A stretch of 64,000 bases of DNA. Source: Candidatus Poribacteria bacterium. GTDB lineage: Bacteria > Poribacteria > WGA-4E > WGA-3G. Made by a program: the position numbers and the translations under genes. The DNA lies in NCBI GenBank assembly GCA_963663765.2, contig CAXXUA010000013.1, positions 320,001-384,000 on the forward strand, written 5' to 3'. How positions within the stretch are numbered: position 1 is the stretch's first letter; every line of letters starts with the position of its first letter. The notes below the pieces were generated by a model. It saw only the letters and a list, made by a program, of their open reading frames with translations, was not told the DNA's origin and made no database searches. This document shows, one piece after another, positions 59,590-64,000 of the stretch.

Positions 59590-61374
59590 ATGTACTTCAA
59601 TTTTACGCCTATAAGCGACCTGAAAGATGAAAATCTCGTCCCGCTTGTCCAAGCTCGTGACGAAACAGCATTCAAGGAATTGATGGATCGTTACAATCCA
59701 AAAATCTGGTTTGTAGTTAACGAAAATTCAAGACAACGCCAAGATGCTGAAGAGATCCTTATGGACATCTGGATGGCAGTTTGGGATAACATTATCGGTT
59801 TACGAAAACCAGAAAGTTTTGGCGGGTGGTTACGCAGAATCGCACATAACGCCTGCAAAAGATACTACGCATCGGGCAAAAATCAGCATAGTGAAATACT
59901 ATTAGATTATGATGAACTCACTCTACAGATTGATAGAGAAGCGGAACAACGTTTTCAAAACGCAAGACTACGATCTGATGCAAGAGAAGCAGTACATCAA
60001 CTTCCACAACGCATAGTGTCTGTCGCGAGATTATACTATCTTGAGCAGTGGAACGTCAATGAGATCGCTACCGAACTCAACTTAGCTGTCGGTACTGTAA
60101 AGTCAAAACTCAGTGAAGTACGGAAACTGCTAAGAAAAGAATTTGAGGTTGAACCTATAAGGAGAGAAACTATGTCAGCTAACATGCAAAACAATGAAAA
60201 CGAACAGAAAAAAATAAAAATTATAGGTGTTGGCGGTGCTGGATGTAACACTCTTAAACGCCTAATTGATGAAAGTTGGAGAAACACTGAATTCTATGTT
60301 GTTGATACTGATAAGGAAACCCTTAGTTCTTGCAATGAGGTGACACAAGTACAAATCGGTATAAACAATCTTAAAGGGCAAAGTACCAACGGAAACCTGG
60401 AACTTGGGAAAAGGGCAGCTGCGGAAAGTATGGAAGAACTACGTGCTATCGTCTCAGACGCAAGTCTGGTTTTTGTAATTGCAGGTATGGGGGGAGGAAC
60501 TGGTACTGCGGTTGCACCAGTTATTACTTCACTGGCACGCCAACAAAAAGCATTAACGATCTGTATGGCAACACGTCCATTTGAAGTAGAAGGTAAACTA
60601 CGCTCAGAACAGGCAGAAGAAGGGATAAGGGAACTGCACAGTAACGAGCATCCCCAAGCTGATGCAGTTATCATTGTCCCAAACCAGCGAATACTCGATT
60701 TAGTTGACGTGGATTTACCTATACCCCAAGCTTTCTTGGAAAGTGATGAAATCTTGGTACAAGGTGTAAGTCTTATCGCAGAAATGGTTACATATAATGG
60801 TGAAATAAATGTAGACTTAGAAGATATTCAATCAATGCTACAAAACAAAGGAACTGTTCTAATGAGTTTCGGTAAAGCTAAAGGCGAAAATAGAGCAGGA
60901 ATCGCTGCACGGAACGCAATATCCTCACCCTTATTCGAGGAGAGTAAAGTCAATGAGGAATCTGCAGTCATTGTTGGTATCGCATCTCCACCAGATTTTA
61001 CCATGCATGATTTAGATGCAGTCATGAAGGAAATAGTTAAAGAAACCCCACATGATCAGTGTATGTTTGGATTAGTATATAAAAAAGAACTGGAGGCAAC
61101 TGGTGAAGTGATAGTAACAATCATTGCAACAATGCCTGATTCTTCTAAACAGCAAGTACTTACAATTGACACCAGTAAGGACACAGAAGCTCCCACCGAT
61201 GATAAGACCGTTTCCGCATCAAAAACACAAGAATTTACACATCAACCCAAATACAGTAATTTTGATCTTTCATATCTTATAAATCAAGTACCCGTAAATG
61301 TGCAAACAACGATTGAACAAGGTATTACTGCCACAGTAAAAAACCAACTTCAGTCAGAGAAAATACACAGTTGA
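59590..61374 (+). CDS. ECF sigma factor - FtsZ-like GTPase fusion protein
   Basis: aa 1-186: sigma2 (AF.EL..RY, DAEE, WLRRIAHN) and sigma4 (EIA..L....GTVKS.L). aa ~207-515: KIKIIGVGGAGCN, AGMGGGTGT, RPFEVEG, VPNQR, GEINVDLED, VIVTIIAT. Confidence 0.9.
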   Translation: MYFNFTPISDLKDENLVPLVQARDETAFKELMDRYNPKIWFVVNENSRQRQDAEEILMDIWMAVWDNIIGLRKPESFGGWLRRIAHNACKRYYASGKNQHSEILLDYDELTLQIDREAEQRFQNARLRSDAREAVHQLPQRIVSVARLYYLEQWNVNEIATELNLAVGTVKSKLSEVRKLLRKEFEVEPIRRETMSANMQNNENEQKKIKIIGVGGAGCNTLKRLIDESWRNTEFYVVDTDKETLSSCNEVTQVQIGINNLKGQSTNGNLELGKRAAAESMEELRAIVSDASLVFVIAGMGGGTGTAVAPVITSLARQQKALTICMATRPFEVEGKLRSEQAEEGIRELHSNEHPQADAVIIVPNQRILDLVDVDLPIPQAFLESDEILVQGVSLIAEMVTYNGEINVDLEDIQSMLQNKGTVLMSFGKAKGENRAGIAARNAISSPLFEESKVNEESAVIVGIASPPDFTMHDLDAVMKEIVKETPHDQCMFGLVYKKELEATGEVIVTIIATMPDSSKQQVLTIDTSKDTEAPTDDKTVSASKTQEFTHQPKYSNFDLSYLINQVPVNVQTTIEQGITATVKNQLQSEKIHS

Positions 61375-61389
61375 TATAATTATTACTGT

Positions 61390-61990
61390 GTTGTGGTAGG
61401 GGTTTCCAACCCCTACCCTTCTACCGGTAGAAGCGACCCGGGGAATGCCTTAATGGCTTTCATACCGTTGATTTGGTGCTTTGTAAGCGCGCTGGCACAT
61501 TAAGACCTAACAGAGCGCTTACAAAGCACGCCTACCGTGTGAGAAATATTTATTACCGAATTAATAAATTAATCTTCATCCAACCTCTACATCTTGCCGC
61601 TTCCCTCGCTTGTGGTCTGGTATCTCTTGTGGTCTGGTATCTCTTGTAGGAGGGGTTTCCAACCCCGATTTCTGAATCATGTATGACGCGAAATGCACAC
61701 ATCAAAAACCTTTGATGATGTAAATCCAGAAAATCTGTAAATCCCGGGGAATGCCATAAGGCATTCATACCCAGGGAATGCTTTATAGCATTCATACCGT
61801 TGATTTCTTGATTTGTAAATCATGGTTCAGAAAAAAAACACAGATAAAAAAACCAAGCCAATAAACCTAATGCAAATGTCTTATCCTGAAAATCTGTAAA
61901 TCCTGGTTCAGACAAAAAATTCGCGTAATCCGCGTAATCCGAGAATCCGTTCAACAAGTACAAAATCCAAAAAATCCGTGATACAAAACA
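61390..61990. repeat. Mosaic of REP-like palindromes, the 35-bp module and AATCCG(C/T)-type short repeats
   Basis: GTAGGGGTTTCCAACCCCTAC, GCGCTTACAAAGCACGCCTAC, GTAGGAGGGGTTTCCAACCCCGA, CGCGTAATCCGCGTAATCCG. Confidence 0.65.
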
Positions 61991-62111
61991 ACATGCAAAA
62001 TTTATTACACAACCATATAAATTGCAATTTCAGCGTTTTTCTGTTATATTTAAATAGCATTGAAATTGCACAGGATCAACAACCAATATCGTAAGACTAA
62101 GGAGAATAACA

Positions 62112-63749
62112 ATGAAAGCATCAGAACTGATGGTCAAGTGTTTAGAAAATGAAGATGTTAAATACATTTTTGGATTACCGGGTGAAGAAAACATGGATAT
62201 GTTAGATGCTTTATTAGAATCTAACATCCAATTTATTCAAACCCGAGATGAACGCGGAGCTGCTTTCATGGCAGATGTCTACGGCCGTTTGACTGGTAAG
62301 GCAGGTGTCTGTCTTGCAACCCTCGGTCCTGGTGCAATGAACCTTGTCACAGGTGTCGCAGACGCAAATATGGATAGAGCACCGCTTGTCGCAATCACTG
62401 GACAAGCAAGTTTAGATAGGATGCACAAAGAATCACATCAATACATGGATGTTGTCTCTGTCTTCAAACCCATGACAAAATGGAATACGCTTCTGCATAT
62501 CCCAGAAATTATCCCCGAATCCGTTAGTAAAGCATTCAAAACCGCCACAAGTGAAAAACCAGGTGCAACCCATATAGACTTTCCTGAAGACGTTGCAAAA
62601 ATGCAAATTGATGCTGAACCTATTCCTCATGACTTTCCCAGTGAAGCGGAACCTGTCGCAGCATGCCTCGAACGCGCCGCACAACTCATTAATCAAGCAA
62701 AACAACCGATTATCCTTGCAGGAAATGGGGTCGTCCGTCAAAACGCTTCCAGAATTCTAACGCAATTTGCTGAGATGACAAACATCCCTGTCGCACATAC
62801 TTTTATGGGGAAGGGTAGTATTCCTTGGACACATAGACTGTCGCTCCTATCCGTTGGACTACAGGCAAACGACTATGTCTCATGCGGTTTCGACCGCGCA
62901 GACCTTGTCATCGCTATCGGATATGACATCGTTGAATACCATCCAAGATTATGGAATCCAAACCGTGACAAAAAACTGGTACATATTGATACTGAACCCA
63001 GTGAAAGCGACGCATCCTACGTCACAGATGTGGAAATGGTTGGAAACATAAGACAGAGTGTCAGACATTTGATGGCAGAAGAAATAGAACCAAAAGATGC
63101 CGGATACGCTTCGGATACATTGCGAAAAATTATCCTTGAACAACTAAATGAACACAGAGATGACAAAGATTTTCCAATGAAACCACAAAAAATACTTAGC
63201 GATATTCGTTCCGTTCTCAAAGAAGATGATATACTCATCTCTGATGTCGGCGCACACAAAATGTGGATCGCTCGGATGTATCCATGCTACAAACCTAACA
63301 CATGTATTATCTCAAATGGGTTTGCATCAATGGGAATAGCAGTTCCGGGCGCGTACGTGGCAAAACTTATTTACCCAGAACGAAAATGTATCGCAGTCTG
63401 TGGAGATGGTGGATTCCTTATGAACTCACAGGAACTTGAAACCGCTACAAGAACAGGTGTACCATTTGTTACGCTCATCTTCAATGATGAAGCTTACGGA
63501 CTTATTGAATGGAAACAAATGAACGGTTTTGGAAGACCCGCAAACATTGATTTTACAAATCCTGATTTTGTCAAATACGCTGAAGCGTTCGGAGCAAAAG
63601 GCTACCGTGTTGAAGGCAGCGACGAACTCGTACCAATTCTAAATGACGCATTCAGTCAGAACGTACCCTCTATCATTGATTGTCCAGTAAATTATGACGA
63701 AAATCTACGCTTGACAGATGCTCTTGGTAAATTAACTTGTCCAATTTAA
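62112..63749 (+). CDS. Acetolactate synthase large subunit
   Basis: FGLPGEEN, TLGPGA, ESHQ, SDVGAHKMW, GDGGFLMNSQELET. Confidence 0.92.
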   Translation: MKASELMVKCLENEDVKYIFGLPGEENMDMLDALLESNIQFIQTRDERGAAFMADVYGRLTGKAGVCLATLGPGAMNLVTGVADANMDRAPLVAITGQASLDRMHKESHQYMDVVSVFKPMTKWNTLLHIPEIIPESVSKAFKTATSEKPGATHIDFPEDVAKMQIDAEPIPHDFPSEAEPVAACLERAAQLINQAKQPIILAGNGVVRQNASRILTQFAEMTNIPVAHTFMGKGSIPWTHRLSLLSVGLQANDYVSCGFDRADLVIAIGYDIVEYHPRLWNPNRDKKLVHIDTEPSESDASYVTDVEMVGNIRQSVRHLMAEEIEPKDAGYASDTLRKIILEQLNEHRDDKDFPMKPQKILSDIRSVLKEDDILISDVGAHKMWIARMYPCYKPNTCIISNGFASMGIAVPGAYVAKLIYPERKCIAVCGDGGFLMNSQELETATRTGVPFVTLIFNDEAYGLIEWKQMNGFGRPANIDFTNPDFVKYAEAFGAKGYRVEGSDELVPILNDAFSQNVPSIIDCPVNYDENLRLTDALGKLTCPI

Positions 63750-63801
63750 TAAAACCATAACAAATTTACTATTCTTACAACGGAGGAATCAACAACAATC
63801 T

Positions 63802-64000
63802 ATGGCATTTTCAACAATTGAATGGGATGATGATAAAATAAAATTAATAGATCAAACATTGTTACCCAACGAATTTAAACACATTTACTGTGACGACCTA
63901 CCATCTATATGGGAAGCAATAAAATCTCTACGAGTACGCGGTGCACCTGCCATAGGAATCGCTGGCGCTTTAGGCGCTGTATTGGGAATATGGAATTCAA
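63802..64000 (+). CDS. mtnA: S-methyl-5-thioribose-1-phosphate isomerase (5' part, truncated by the window end)
   Basis: MAFSTIEW..IKLIDQTLLP...AIKSLRVRGAPAIGIAGA. Confidence 0.85.
   Translation, partial: MAFSTIEWDDDKIKLIDQTLLPNEFKHIYCDDLPSIWEAIKSLRVRGAPAIGIAGALGAVLGIWNS

Noticed and set aside
59590-61374. Canonical cell-division ftsZ
   Set aside because: N-terminal sigma domain, altered GAG loop, no conserved C-terminal peptide and no dcw context; gene symbol withheld.

Overview
A 64-kb, AT-leaning bacterial chromosomal window. Its gene content (tandem PhyH dioxygenases, LamG proteins ending in K-x-A-x-T-W-x-x-L-K, a DUF1549/DUF1553-DUF1501 pair, WD40 and dockerin-like proteins) suggests Candidatus Poribacteria; this is inference. 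Housekeeping blocks (murQ, rnpA-yidD-yidC-jag-mnmE, obgE-proB-proA, nfo, lgt, partial mtnA) alternate with intergenic regions full of nested MITEs and GTAG-type REP arrays. There are two intact IS elements with TIRs and TSDs (IS1634 family and ISKra4-like). Main highlights: (1) a single ORF fusing an ECF sigma factor to an FtsZ-like GTPase, with an internal Shine-Dalgarno and in-frame ATG at the junction; (2) a hidden 379-aa secreted UGWC selenoprotein (thioredoxin + TPR) split by the ORF caller at UGA, with a SECIS-like hairpin; (3) a cobalamin riboswitch controlling three uncharacterised genes that look like an unusual B12 capture/uptake system; (4) a 1.6-kb non-coding composite mobile element with a 9-bp TSD, and a ~35-bp module that inserts into REP palindromes; (5) a lipoprotein with a ~215-aa GNN/GGNENN repeat. 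All family calls come from motif recognition by eye; no database searches were run.
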